Assembly: GCF_009914755.1 (NCBI RefSeq)
Contig: NC_060933.1
Reading direction: 5' to 3' (one strand)
Length of the DNA: 64,000 nucleotides
Origin: the human T2T-CHM13v2.0 reference genome, Homo sapiens
In this document: piece after piece, positions 1 through 14,514 of the stretch
How positions within the stretch are numbered: the stretch's first letter is position 1
Layout of the letters: every line of letters begins with the position of its first letter
Translations under genes and position numbers: made by a program
Notes under the pieces: model-generated
Told to the model about the DNA's origin: nothing
The model's input: only the letters and a program-made list of their open reading frames with translations
The model's database searches: none

Positions 1-3000
1 TTCCATTGCATTCCATTCCATTCGATTCCATTCGATTGCACTCGGATTGATTCCATTCCATTGCATTCCATTCCATTCCATTCCATTCCATTCGGATTGA
101 TTCTATTCAATTCCCTTACACTCCAATACATTCCATTCCATTCGGGTAGTTTCCATTCCATTCCATTCCATTCCTCTCCATTCCATTGAACTCGGGTTGA
201 TTCCATTCCATTCCATTCCATTCCATTCCATTACATTACATTCCATTCCATTCCGTTCCATTGTACTCGGGTTGATTCCATTCCATTGCATTCCATTCCA
301 TTCCATTCCATTCCATTCCATTCCATTCCGTTCCATTCCATTCCATTACATTCGGATTGATTCTTTTCAACTCCCTTACTCTCCATTACATTCCATTACA
401 TTCGTGTTGTTCCATTCCATTCCATTCCATTCCACTCCATTCCATTGCACTCGGGTTGATTCCATTCCATTCCATTCCATTCCGGATGATTCCATTCCAT
501 TGCATTCCGTTCCATTACATTCCCCTGCACTCGGGTTGATTCCATTCCATTCCATTCCATTCCATTCGATTCCATTCCATTCCCCTGCACTCGCGTTGAT
601 TCCATTCCATTCCATTCCATTCCATTCCATTCCATTCCATTCCATTCCTTTCCATTCCAGTCCTTTCCATTCCATTCCACTCGGGTTGATTCCATTCTAT
701 TAGTTTCCATTCCATTCCATTCGCTTCCATTCCACTCTGGTTGATTCCATTCCTTTCCATTCCACTCGAATACATTCCCTCCTATTCCACTCGGAACGAT
801 TCCATTCCATTGCATTCCATTCCATTCCATTCCATTTCGTCGCATTCCATTCTATTCCGTATCATTCCATTCCATTCCATTCCATTCCATTCCATTCCAT
901 TCCATTCCACTCGTGTTGATTCCATTCCTTTCCATTCCATTCGGTTTAAAGGCATTCCATTCCATTCCATTCCATTCCATTCCATTCCATTCTATTCGGG
1001 TTAATTCCATTCCATTCCATTCGATTGCAATCGAGTTGATTCCATTCCATTCCATTCCATTCCATTCCATTCCTTTCCATTCCATTACGGATGATTCCAC
1101 TCCATTGCATTCCATTCCATTCCATTCCCCTGTACTCGGGTTGATTCCATTCCATTCCATTCCAATCCATGCCATTCCACTCGTGTTGGTTCCATTCTTT
1201 CCATTCCATTCAAGTTGAATCCATTCCATTGCATTCCATTCCATTCCATTCCCCTGCAGTCTGGTTGATTCTATTCCATTCCATTCCATTCCATTCCATT
1301 CCATTCCGTTCCGTTCCGTTCCATTCCATTCCATTCCAATCTATTCGGGTTAATTCCATTCCATTCCATTCCATTCCATTCCATTCCATTCCAATCGAGT
1401 TGATTCCATTCCATTCCATTCCATTCCATTCCACTCCATTCCAGTCCTTTCCATTCCATTCCACTCGGGTTGATTCCAATGTATTCCTTTCCATTCCATT
1501 CCATTCCATTGCAATCGAGTTGATTCCATTGCTTTGCATTCCATTCCATTCCATTCCATTCCGGATGACTCCATTCCATTGCATTCCATTCCATTGCATT
1601 CCCCTGCACTCGGGTTGATTCCATTCCATTCCACTCCATTCCGTTGCATTCCATTCCATTCCATTGTATTCGGGTTAATTCCATTCCATTCCATTCCATT
1701 CCATTCCATTCCATTCCATTACAATCGAGTTGATTCCATTCCATTCCATTCCATTCCAGTCCTTTCCATTCCATTCCACTCGGGTTGATTACATTCTATT
1801 AGCTTCCATTCCATTCCGTTCCCTTCCATTCCACTCTGGTTGATTCCATTCCATTCCATTCCACTCGAATACATTCCCTCCTATTCCACTCGGAACGATT
1901 CCATTCCATTCCATTCCATTCCATTCCATTCCATTCCATTCCATTTCGTTCCATTACATTCTATTCCGTATCATTCCATTCCATTCCATTCCATTCCATT
2001 CCATTCCATTCCACTCGTGTTGATTCCATTCCTTTCCATTCCATTCGCTTTGAAGGCATTCCATTCCATTCCATTCCATTCCATTCCATTCCATTCCATT
2101 CCATTCCATTGTACTCGGGTTGATTCCATTCCATTGCATTCCATCCCATTCCATTCCATTCCAATCCGTTGCATTCCATTCCATTACATTCGGATTGATT
2201 CTATTCAACTCCCTTACTCTCCATTACATTCCATTCCATTCGGGTTGTTCCATTCCATTCCATTCCATTCCACTCCATTCCATTGCACTCGGGTTGATTC
2301 CATTCCTTTCCATTCCATTCCATTCCATTCCGGATGATTCCATTCCATTGCATTCCGTTCCATTACATTCCCCTGCACTCGCGTTGATTCCATTCCATTC
2401 CATTCCATTCCATTCCATTCAATTCCATTCCATTAGAATTCGTTCAATTCCATTCTATTCTGCACCATTCCATTCCATTCCATACCATTCCATTCTATTC
2501 CATTCCATTCCATTCCATTCCATTTCGTTCCATTCCGTTCCATTCCATTCCATTCCATTCTATTCGGGTTAATTCCATTCCATTCCATTCCATTCCATTC
2601 CATTCCATTCCATTCCATTCCAATCTATTCCATTCCATTGCAATCGAGTTGAATCCATTGCATTTCATTCCATTCCATTCCATTGCAATCGAGTTGAATC
2701 CATTGCATTTCATTCCATTCCATTCCATTCCATTCCGGAAGATTCCATTCCATTGCATTCCATTCCATTCCATTCCCCTGCACTCGCGTTGATTCCATTC
2801 CATTCCATTCCATTCCATTCCATTCCGTTCCGTTCCGTTCCATTTCATTCCATTCCATTCCATTCCATTCCGTTCCATTCCATTCCATTCCATTCCATTC
2901 TATTCGGGTTAATTCCATTCCATTCCATTCGATTGCAATCGAGTTGATTCCATTCCATTCCATTCCATTCCATTCCATTCCAATCGAGTTGATTCCATTC

Positions 3001-4000
3001 CATTCCATTCCATTCCATTCCACTCCATTCCAGTCCTTTCCTTTCCATTCCACTCGGGTTGATTCCATTCTATTCCTTTCCATTCCATTCCATTCCATTG
3101 CAATCGAGTTGATTCCATTGCTTTGCATTCCATTCCATTCCATTCCATTCCGGATGATTCCATTCCATTGCATTCCATTTCATTCCATTTCCCTGCACTC
3201 GGGTTGATTCCATTCCATTCCACTCCATTCCCTTCCATTCCATTCCATTCCATTGTATTCGGGTTAATTCCATTCCATGCCATTTCATTCCATTCCATTC
3301 CATTCCATTCCATTCTATTACAATCGAGTTGATTCCATTCCATTCCATTCCACTCCATTCCATTCCATTCCAGTCCTTTCCATTCCATTCCACTCGGGTT
3401 GATTCCATTCTATTAGTTTCCATTCCATTCCATTCCCTTCCATTCCACTCTGGTTGATTCCATTCCTTTCCATTCCACTCGAATACATTCCCTCCTATTC
3501 CACTGGGAACGATTCCATTCCATTCCATTCCATTCCATTCCATTCCATTCCATTCCATTCCATTTCCTTCCATTCCATTCTATTCCGTACCATTCTATTC
3601 CATTCCATTCCTTTCCATTCCATTCCATTCCATTCCACTCTTATTGATTCAATTCCTTTCCATTCCATTCGGTTTGAAGGCATTCCATTCCATTCAATTC
3701 CATTCAATTCCATTCCATTCCATTCCATTCCATTCCATTCCATTGTACTCGGGTTGATTCCATTCCATTCCATTCCATTCTATTCCATTCCGTTGCATTC
3801 CATTCCATTACATTCGGACTGATTCTATTCAACTCTCTTACTCTCCATTCCATTCCATTCCATTCGGGTTGTTCCATTCCATTCCATTCCATTCCACTCC
3901 ATTCCATTGCACTCGTGTTGATTCCATTCCATTCCATTCCATACCATTCCATTCCATTCCATTCCATTCCATTCCGTTCCATTCCGTTCCATTCCATTCC
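1..4000 (+). repeat. HSat3 sub-array, dialect A (block A1)
   Basis: Diagnostic modules: TTCAACTC(C/T)CTTACTCTCC (~366, 2203, 3828), CGAATACATTCCCTCCTATTCC (767, 1866, 3480), TTCTTTCCATTCCATTCAAGTTG (~1195), TTGCTTTGCATT (~1529, 3118), CCGGAAGATT (2735). Boundaries approximate. Confidence 0.75.
990..4000 (+). repeat. ~3.0 kb dispersed duplication, copy 1 (partner ~19140-22230)
   Basis: ORF-track pairs at near-constant offset: 1534/19725, 1840/20036, 1954/20155, 2753/20959, 3123/21344, 3454/21665 (offset ~18.19-18.22 kb). Shared rare variants include CAGTCTGGTTG and CGGACTGATTCTATTCAACTCTCTT. Confidence 0.85.
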
Positions 4001-7000
4001 ATTCCATTGCAATCGAGTTGATTCCATTCCATTCCATTCAATTCCGGATGATTCCATTCCATTGCCTTCAATTCCATTCCATTCCCCTGCACTCGGGTTG
4101 ATTCCATTCCATTCCATTCCATTCCATTCCATTCCATTCCATTCCATTTCATTCCATTCCATTTCGTTCCTTTCCATTCTATTCCGTACCATTCCATTCC
4201 ATTCCATTCCATTCCATTCCATTCCATTCCATGCCATTCCACTCGGGTTGATTCCATTCCTTTCCATTCCATTCGAGTTGAATCCATTCCAATCCATTCC
4301 ATTCCATTCGATTCAATTCCATTGCACACGGGTTCATTCCATTCCATTCCATTCCATTCCATTCCATTTCGTTCCATTCCATTCTACTCCGTACCATTCC
4401 ATTCCATTCCATTCCATTCCATTCCATTCCACTCCATGCCATTCCACTCGGGTTTATTCCATTCCTTTCCATTCCATTCGGGTTGAATCCATTCCATTCC
4501 ATTCCATTCCATTCGATTCCATTACATTGCACTCGGGTTGATTCCATTCCATTCCATTCCATTCCATTCCATTTAGTTCCATTCCATTCTATTCCATACC
4601 ATTCCATTCCATTCCATTCCATTCCACTCCATTCCATGCTATTCCTCTCGGGTTTATTCCATTCCTTTCCATTCCATTCGGATTGAATCCATTCCTATCC
4701 ATTCAATTCCATTCCACTCGATTCCATTACATTGCACTCGTGTTGTTTCCATTCCATTCCATTCCATTCCATTTCATTCTATTCCATTCCATTCCATTCC
4801 ATTCCATTCCATTCCATTCCATTCCATTCCATTCCATGCCATTCCACTCGGGTTGATTCCATTCCTTTCCATTCCATTCGAGTTGAAACCATTCCATTCC
4901 ATTCCATTCCATTCCATTCCATTCCAATCCATTGCACACGGGTTCATTCCATTCCATTCCATTCCATTCCATTCCATTCCATTCCATTTCGTTCCATTCC
5001 ATTCTATTCCGTAGCATTCCATTCCATTCCATTCCATTCGTTTCCATTCCATTCGGGTTGAATCCATTCCTTTCCATTCCATTCCATTCAATTCCATTCC
5101 ATTGAACTCGGGTTGATTCCATTCCATTCCATGCCATTCCATTTCATTCCGTTCCATTCCATTCCATTACATTCGGATTGATTCTTTTCAATTCCCTTAC
5201 ACTCCATTCCATTCCATTCCATTCGGGTAGTTTCCGTTCCATTCCATTCCATTCCACTCCATTGCATTGCACTCGGGTTGATTGACTCCATTCCATTGCA
5301 TTCCATTCCATTCCATTCCATTCCGGATGAATCCATTCCATTGCATTCCATTCCATTCCATTCCCCTGCACTCGGGTTGATTCCATTCCATTCCATTCCG
5401 TTCCATTCCATTCCATTCCATTCCATTCTGTTCAGGTTAATTCCATTCCATTCCATTCCATTCCATTCCATTCCATTCCATTCCATTCCATTCCATTCCA
5501 TTGCAATCGAGTTGTTTCCATTGCATTCCATTCCATTCCATTCCATTGCATTCCATTGCATTCCATTCCCCTGCACTCAGTTTGATTCCATTCCATTCCA
5601 TTCCATTCCATTCCATTCCATTCCATTCCGGATGATTCCATTCCATTGCCTTCCATTCCACTCCATTCCCCTGCACTCGGGTTGATTCCATTCCATTCCA
5701 TTCCATTCCATTCCATTCCATTCCATTCCATTCCATTCCATTCCATTTCGTTCCATTCCACTCTATTCCATACCATTCCATTCCATTCCTTTCCATTCCA
5801 ATCCATGCTGTTCCACTCGGGTTGATTCCATTCCTTTCCATTCCATTCGAGTTGAATCCATTCCATTCCTTTCCGTTCCATTCCATTCCATTCCATTCCA
5901 TTTCGTTCCATTCCATTCTATTCCGTACCATTCCATTCCATTCCATTCCATTACATTCCATTCCATTCCGTTCCATTCCATTCCATGCCATTCCACTCGG
6001 GTTGATTCCATTGCTTTCCATTCCATTTGGGTTGAATCCATTCCATTCCATTCCATTCCATTCCATTCCATTCCATTCCATTGCACTAGGTTTGATTCCA
6101 TTCCACTGCATTCCATTCCATTCCATTCCATTCCGTTCCATTCCATTCCATTACATTCGGATTGATTGTATTCAATTCCCTTACACTCCATTTCATTCCA
6201 TTCCATTCGGGTTGTTTCCATACCATTCCATTCCATTCTATTCCATTTCGTTCTATTCCATTCTATTCTGTACCATTCCATTCCATTCCATTCCATTCCA
6301 TTCCATTCCATGCCATTCCACTTGGGGTGATTCCCTTCCTTTCCATTCCATTCGGGTTGAATCCATTCCATTCCATTCCATTCCATTCCATTCCATTCCT
6401 TTCCATTCCATTGCACACGGGTTGATTCCATTCCATTCCTTTCTGTTCCATTCCGGATGACTCCATTCCATTGCATTCCATTCCATTCCATTCCCCTGCT
6501 CTCGGGTTCATTACATTCCATTCCATTTACTTCCATTCCATTCCATTCTATTCCATTCTATTCCATTCTATTCGTGTTAATTCCATTCCATTCCATTCCA
6601 TTCCATTCCATTCCATTCCATTGCATTCCATTGCATTCCATTGCAATCGAGTTGATTCCATTCCATTCCATTCAATTCCGGATGATTCCATTCCATTGCC
6701 TTCAATTCCATTCCATTCCCCTGCACTCGTTTTGATTCCATTCCATTCCATTCCATTCCATTCCATTTCATTCCATTCCATTTCGTTCCATTCCATTCTT
6801 TTCCGTTCCATTCCATTCCATTCCATTCCATGACATTCCATTCCATTCCATTCCTTTCCATTCTATTCGGGTTAATTCCATTCCATTCCATTCCATTCCA
6901 TTCCATTCCATTCCGTTCCATTCAATTCCATTACATTCGGATTGATTCTTTTTAATTCCCTTACACTCCATTACATTCTATTCCATTCGGGTAGTTTCCA

Positions 7001-8009
7001 TACCATTCCATTCCATTCCACTGCATTCTATTTCACTCGGGTTGATTGATTCCATTCCATTGCATTCCATTCCATTCCATTCCATTCGGGATGATTCCAT
7101 TCCATTGCATTCCATTGCATTCCATTCCCCTGTACTCGGGTTGATCCCATTCCATTCCATTCCATTCCATTCCATTCCATTCCGTTCCGTTCCATTCCAT
7201 TCCCTTCCATTCTCTTCAGGTTAATTCCATTCCATTCCATTCAATTCCATTCCATTCCATTCCATTCCATTCCATGCCATTCCACTCGGGTTGATTCCAT
7301 TCCTTTCCATTCCATTCGAGTTGAACCCATTCCATTCCATTCCATTCCATTGCATTCCACTCGGGTTGATTCCATTCCTTTCCATTCCATTCGGGTTGAA
7401 ACCATTCCATTCCATTCCATTCCTTTCGATTCCATTCCATTTCACTCGGGTTGATCCCATTCCATTGCATTCCATTCCATTCCATTGCATTCCATTCCTT
7501 TCCATTCCATTCCATTACATTCGTATTGATTCTATTCAATTCCCTTACTCTCCATTACATTCCATTCCTTTCGGCTTGTTTCCATTCCATTCCATTCCAT
7601 TCCACTCCATTCCATTTCAATCGGGTGATTCCATTCCATTCCATTGCATTCCATTCCATTCCATTCCATTCCGTATGATTCCATTCCATTGCATTCCATT
7701 CCATTCCATTCCCTTGCACTCGGGTGGATTCCATTCTATTCCATTCCATTCCATTCCATTCCATTCCATTCTATTCGGGTTAATTTCATTCCATTCCATT
7801 CCATTCCCTTCCATTGCATTCCATTCCATTCCATTCCATTCCATTGAAATCGAGTTGATTCCATTCCATTCCATTCCATTCCATTCCATTCCATTCCATT
7901 CTATTCGGGTTAATTCCATTCCATTCCATTCCATTCCCTTCCATTCCATTCCATTCCTTTACATTCCGTTCTATTAGGGTTAATTCCATTCCATTCCATT
8001 CCATTCCAT

Positions 8010-10772
8010 TCCATTCCATTCCATTCCCCTGCACTCAGGTTGATTCCATTCGATTCCATTCCATTCCATTCCATTCCGTTCCTTTCCATTCCATTCCATT
8101 CTATTCGCGTTAATTGCATTCCATTCCATTCCATTACATTCCATTGCAATCGAGTTGATTCCATTCCATTCCGTTCCATTCCATTCCATTCCATTCCATG
8201 CCATTCCACTCGGGTTGATTCCATTGCTTTCCATTCCATTTGGATTGAATCCATTCCATTCCATTCCATTCCATTCCATTCCATTCCATTCCATTCCATT
8301 CCATTGCACTAGGTTTGATTCCATTCCACTGCATTCCATTCCATTCCATTCCATTCCGTTCCATTCCATTCCATTACATTCGGATTGATTGTATTCAATT
8401 CCCTTACACTCCATTTCATTCCATTCCATTCGGGTTGTTTCCATTCCATTCCATTCCATTCCACTCCATTCCATTGCACTCGGGATGATTCCATTCCATT
8501 CCATTCCATTCCATTCTATTCCATTTGGTTCCATTCCATTCTATTCGGTACCATTCCATTCCATTCCATTCCATTCCATTCCATTCCATGCCATTCCACT
8601 TGGGTTGATTCCCTTCCTTTCCATTCCATTCGGGTTGAATCCATTCCATTCCATTCCATTCCATTCCATTCCTTTCCATTCCATTGCACACGGGTTGATT
8701 CCATTCCATTCCTTTCTGTTCCATTCCGGATGACTCCATTCCATTGCATTCCATTCCATTCCATTCCCCTGCACTCGGGTTCATTACATTCCATTCCATT
8801 TACTTCCATTCCATTCCATTCCATTCCATTCCATTCTATTCGGGTTAATTCCATTCCATTCCATTCCATTCCATTCCATTCCATTCCATTCCATTCCATT
8901 CCATTCCATTGCAAGCGAGTTGATTCCATTCCATTCCATTCAATTCCGGATGATTCCATTCCATTGCCTTAAATTCCATTCCATTCCCCTGCAGTCGGGT
9001 TGATTCCATTCCATTCCATTCCATTCCATTCCATTTCATTCCATTCCATTTGGTTCCATTCCATTCTATTCCGTACCATTCCATTCCATTCCATTCCATT
9101 CCATTCTATTCGGGTTAATTCCATTCCATTCCATTCCATTCCATTCCATTACATTACATTCCATTCCATTGCAATCGAGTTCATTCCATTCCATTCCATT
9201 CAATTCCGGATGATTCCATTCCATTGCCTTCAATTCCATTCCATTCCCCTGCACTCGGGTTGATTCCATTCCATTCCATTCCATTCCATTCCATTCCATT
9301 CCATTCCATTTCATTCCATTCCATTTCGTTCCATTCCATTCTATTCCGTACCATTCCATTCCACTCCATTCCATTCCTTTCCATTCCATTCCATTCCATG
9401 CCATTCCACTCGCGTTGATTCCATTCCCTTCCATTCCATTAGAGTTGAATCCATTCCATTCCATTCCATTCCATTCGATTCCATTCCATTGCACACGGGT
9501 TCATTCCATTCCATTCCTTTCTGTTCCATTCCGGATGACTCCATTCCATTGCATTCCATTCCATTCCATTCCCCTGCACTCGGGTTCATTACATTCCATT
9601 CCATTTACTTCCACTCCATTCCATTCCATTCCATTCCATTCCATTCCATTCCATTCTATTCGGGTTAATTCCATTCCATTCCATTCCATTCCATTCCATT
9701 GCAATCGAGTTGATTCCATTCCATTCCATTCAATTCCGGATGATTCCATTCCATTGCCTTCAATTCCATTCCATTCCCCTGCAGTCGGGTTGATTCCATT
9801 CCATTCCATTCCATTCCATTTCATTCCATTCCATTTCGTTCCATTCCATTCTATTCCGTACCATTCCATTCCATTCCATTCCATTCCATTCCATTCTATT
9901 CGGGTTAATTCCATTCCATTCCATTCCATTCCATTCCATTCCATTCCATTCCATTCCATTGCAATCGAGTTGATTCCATTCCATTCCATTCAATTCCGGA
10001 TTATTCCATTCCATTGCCTTCAATTCCATTCCATTCCCCTGCACTCGGGTTGATTCCATTCCATTCCATTCCAATCCATTCCATTCCATTCCATTCCATT
10101 TCTTTCCATTCCATTTCTTTCCATTCCATTCTATTCCGTACCATTCCATTCCACTCCATTCCATTCCATTCCATTCCATTCCATTCCATTCCATTCCATG
10201 CCATTCCACTCGCGTTGATTCCATTCCCTTGCATTCCATTAGAGTTGAATCCATTCCATTCTATTCCATTCCATTCCATTCCATTCCATTGCACACGGGT
10301 TCATTCCATTCCATTCCATTCCATTCCCTTCCATTCCATTTCGTTACATTCCATTCTATTCCGTACCATTCCATTCCATTCCATTCCACTCCATTCCATG
10401 CCATTCCACTCGGGTATATTCCATTCCTTTTAATTCCATTCGGGTTGAATCCATTCCATTCCATTGCATTCCATTCCATTCCATTACATTGCACTCGGGT
10501 TGATTCCATTCCACTCCATTCCATTACATTTCATTCCATTCCATTCCATTCCATTTCATTCAATTCCATTCCATTCCATGCCATTCCACTCGTGTTGATT
10601 CTATTCCTTTCCATTCCATTACATTTCATTCCATTCCATTCCATTCCATTTCTTTCAATTCCATTCCATTCCATGCCATTCCACTCGTGTTGATTCCATT
10701 CCTTTCCATTCCATTCGAGTTGAACCCATTCCATTCCATTCCGTTCCATTCCATTCCATTCCATTCCATTCC
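8010..10772 (+). repeat. ~2.75 kb dispersed duplication, copy 1 (partner ~14515-17271)
   Basis: ORF pairs 8309/14813, 9000/15504, 9415/15919 (offset 6504) and 10261/16760 (6499). Shared rare variants GCAAGCGAG, GCCTTAAATT, CGGGATGATT, CGGATTATT. Confidence 0.9.
8680..10300 (+). repeat. ~790-805 bp tandem duplication, each unit containing a ~260 bp tandem pair
   Basis: CAATTCCGGA at 8941, 9201, 9731, 9991 (spacing 260, 530, 260). ORF pairs 9224/10014 (790) and 8799/9604 (805). Confidence 0.8.
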
Positions 10773-13700
10773 ACTCCATTCCATGCCATTCCACTCGGGT
10801 ATATTCCATTCCTTTTAATTCCATTCGGGTTGAATCCATTCCATTCCATTCCATTCCATTCCATTTCAATCGAGTTGATTCCATTCCATTCCATTCCATT
10901 CCATTCAATTCCGAATGATGTCATTCCATTGCCTTCCATTCCATTCCATTTCCCTGCACTCGGGTTGATTCCATTCCATTCCATTCCATTCCATTCCATT
11001 CCATTCCATTTCGTTCCATTCCATTCTATTCCGTACCATTCCATTCCATTCCATTCCATTCCATTCCATTCCATTCCATTTCCTTCCATTCCATTCCATT
11101 CCATTCCATTCCATTCCATTCCATTCCATTCCATTCTATTAGGGTTAATTCCATTCCATTCCATTCCATTCCATTCCATTCCATGCCATTCCACTCGGGT
11201 TGATTCCATTCCTTTCCATTCCATTCGAGTTGAATCCATTCCATTCCATTCCATTCCATTCCATTCCATTGCACACGGGTTCATTCCATTCCATTCCATT
11301 CCATTCCATTTCGTTCCATTCCATTCTATTCCATACCATTCCATTCCATTCCATTCCATTAGACTCCTTTCCATGCCATTCCACTCGGGTTTATTCCATT
11401 CCTTTCCATTCCATTCGGGTTGAATCCATTCCATTCCATTCCATTCCATTCCATTCCATTCGATTCCATTACATTGCACTCGTGTTGTTTCCATTCCATT
11501 CCATTCCATTCCATTCCATTCCATTCCATGCCATTCCACTCGGGTTGATTCCATTCCATTCCATTCCATTCGAGTCGAACCCATTGCATTCCATTCCATT
11601 CCATTCCATTCCATTCCATTCCATTGCACACGGTTTCATTCCATTCCATTCCATTCCATTCTATTCCATTTCGTTCCATTCCATTCTATTCCGTACCATT
11701 CCATTCCATTCCATTCCATTCCACTCCATTTCATTCCATTCCATCCCATTCCACTCGGGTTTATTACATTCCTTTCCATTCCATTCGGGTTGAATCCATT
11801 CCTTTCCATTCCATTCCGTTCAATTCCATTCCATTGCACTCGGGTTGATTCCATTCCATTCCATGCCATTCCATTTCATTCCGTTCCATTCCATTCCATT
11901 ACATTCGGATTGATTCTTTTCAATTCCCTTACACTCCATTACATTCCATTCCATTCGGGTAGTTTCCATTCCATTCGATTCCATTACACTCCATTGCATT
12001 GCACTCGGGTTGATTGATTCCATTCCATTGCATTCCATTCCATTCAATTCCATTCCGGATGATTCCATTCCATTGCATTCCATTCCATTCCATTCCCCTG
12101 CACTCGGGTTGATTCCATTCCATTCCATTCCATTCCATTCCGTTCCATTCCATTCCATTCCATTCCATTCCATTCCATTCTGTTCAGGTTAATTCCATTC
12201 CATTCCATTCCCTTCCATTCCATTCCATTCCATTCCATTCCATTCCATTCCATTGCAATCTAGTTGATTCCATTGCATTCCATTCCATTCCATTCCATTG
12301 CATTCCATTGCATTCCATTCCCCTGCACTCAGGTTGATTCCATTCCATTCCATTCCATTCCATTCCATTCTATTCGGGTTAATTCCATTCCATTCCATTC
12401 CATTCTATTCGGGTTAATTCCATTCCATTCCATTCCCTTACATTCCATAGCAATCGAGTTGATTCCATTCCATTCCATTCCATTCCATTCCATTCGATTC
12501 AAGTCCTTTCCATTCCATTCCACTCGTTTTGATTCCATTTTATTAGTTTCCATTCCATTCCATTCCCTTCCATTCCACTCTGGTTGATTCCATTCCTTTC
12601 CATTCCACTCGAATTCATTCCCTTCTATTCCACTCGGAATGATTGCATTCCATTCCATTCCATTCCATTCCATTCCATTCCATTCCATTTCGTTCCATTG
12701 CATTGTATTCCGTACCATTCCATTCCATTCCATTCCATGCCATTCCACTCGGGTTGATTCCATGGCTTTCCATTCCATTTGGGTTGAATCCATTCCATTC
12801 CATTCCATTCCATTCCATTCCATTCCATTCCATTCCATTCTATTCCATTGCACTATGTTTGATTCCATTCCACTGCATTCCATTCCATTCCATTCCATTC
12901 CATTCCATTCCATTCCATTCCATTCCATTCCATTCCATTACATTCGGATTGATTGTATTCAATTCCCTTACACTCCATTTCATTCCATTCCATTCAGGTT
13001 GTTTCCATTCCATTCCAATCCATTCCACTCCATTCCATTGCACTCGGGTTGATTGCATTCCATTCCATTCCATTCTATTCCATTTCCTTCCATTCCATTC
13101 TATTCGGTACCATTCCATTCCATTCCATTCCAATCCATTCCATTCCATGCCATTCCACTTGGGTTGATTCCCTTCCTTTCCATTCCATTCGGGTTGAATC
13201 CATTCCATTCCATTCCATTCCATTCCATTCCTTTCCATTCCATTGCACACGGGTTGGTTCCATTCCGTTCCTTTCCGTTCCATTCCGGATGACTCCATTC
13301 CATAGCATTCCATTCCATTCCATTCCATTCCCCTGCACTCGGGTTCATTACCTTCCATTCCATTTACTTCCATTCCATTCCATTCCATTCTATTCGGGTT
13401 AATTCCATTCCATTGCATTCCATTCAATTCCATTCCATTCCATTCCATTCCATTCCATTCCATTGCAATCGAGTTGATTCCATTCCATTCCATTCAATTC
13501 CGGATGTTTCCATTCCATTGCCTTCAATTCCATTCCATTCCCCTGCACTCGGGTTGATTCCATTCCATTTCATTCCATTCCATTCCATTTCATTCCATTC
13601 CATTTCGTTCCTTTCCATTCTATTCCGTACCATTCCATTCCATTCCATTCCATTCCATTCCATTCCATTCCATGCCATTCCACTCGGGTTGATTCCATTC

Positions 13701-14514
13701 CTTTCCATTCCATTCGAGTTCAATCCATTCCAATCCATTCCATTCCATTCGATTCCATTCCATTGCACACGGGTTCATTCCATTCCATTCCATTCCATTC
13801 CATTCCATTCCATTCCATTCCATTCCATTTCCTTCCATTCCATTCTATTCCGTACCATTCCATTCCATCCCATTCCATTCCATTCCACTCCATTCCATGC
13901 CATTCCACTCGGGTTTATTCCATTCCTTTCCATTCCATTCTGGTTGAATCCATTCCTTTCCATTCCATTCCATTCGATTCCATTACATTGCACTCGGGTT
14001 GATTCCATTCCATTCCATTCCTTTACATTTCATTCCATTCCACTCCATTCCATGCCATTCCACGCGGGTTTATTCCATTCCTTTCCATTACATTCGTGTT
14101 GAATCCATTCCATTCCATTCCATTCCATTCGATTCCATTACACTGCAGTCGGGTTGATTCCATTCCATTCCATTACATTACATTTCATTCCATTCCATTC
14201 CATTCCATTCCATTCCATTCCATTCCATTCCATTCCATTCCATGCCATTCCACTCGTGTTGATTCCATTCCTTTCCATTCCATTCGAGTTGAACCCATTC
14301 CATTCCATTCCATTCCATTCCATTCCATTCCATTGCACACGGGTTCATTCCATTCAATTCCATTCCATTCCGTTCCATTCCATTCCGTTCCATTCCATTC
14401 CATTCCATTCTGTTCAGGTTAATTCCATTCTATTCCTTTCCCTTCCATTCCATTCCATTCCATCCCATTGCAATCGAGTTGATTCCATTGCATTCCATTC
14501 CATTACATTCCATT

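Noticed and set aside
7975-7985. TTAGGGTTA as telomeric repeat (also ~11139, 26401, 26786, 26991, 43604, 45814)
   Set aside because: Single isolated hexamers arising from a C>A change in the ATTCGGGTTA decamer; never tandem.
10794-10820. GGGTATATTCC...CCTTTTAATT as a TATA-box promoter (also ~10411, 16910, 24163, 24908)
   Set aside because: Poor TATAWAW match. It is an in-register variant of the GGTTT/GGTTG decamer propagated by duplication.
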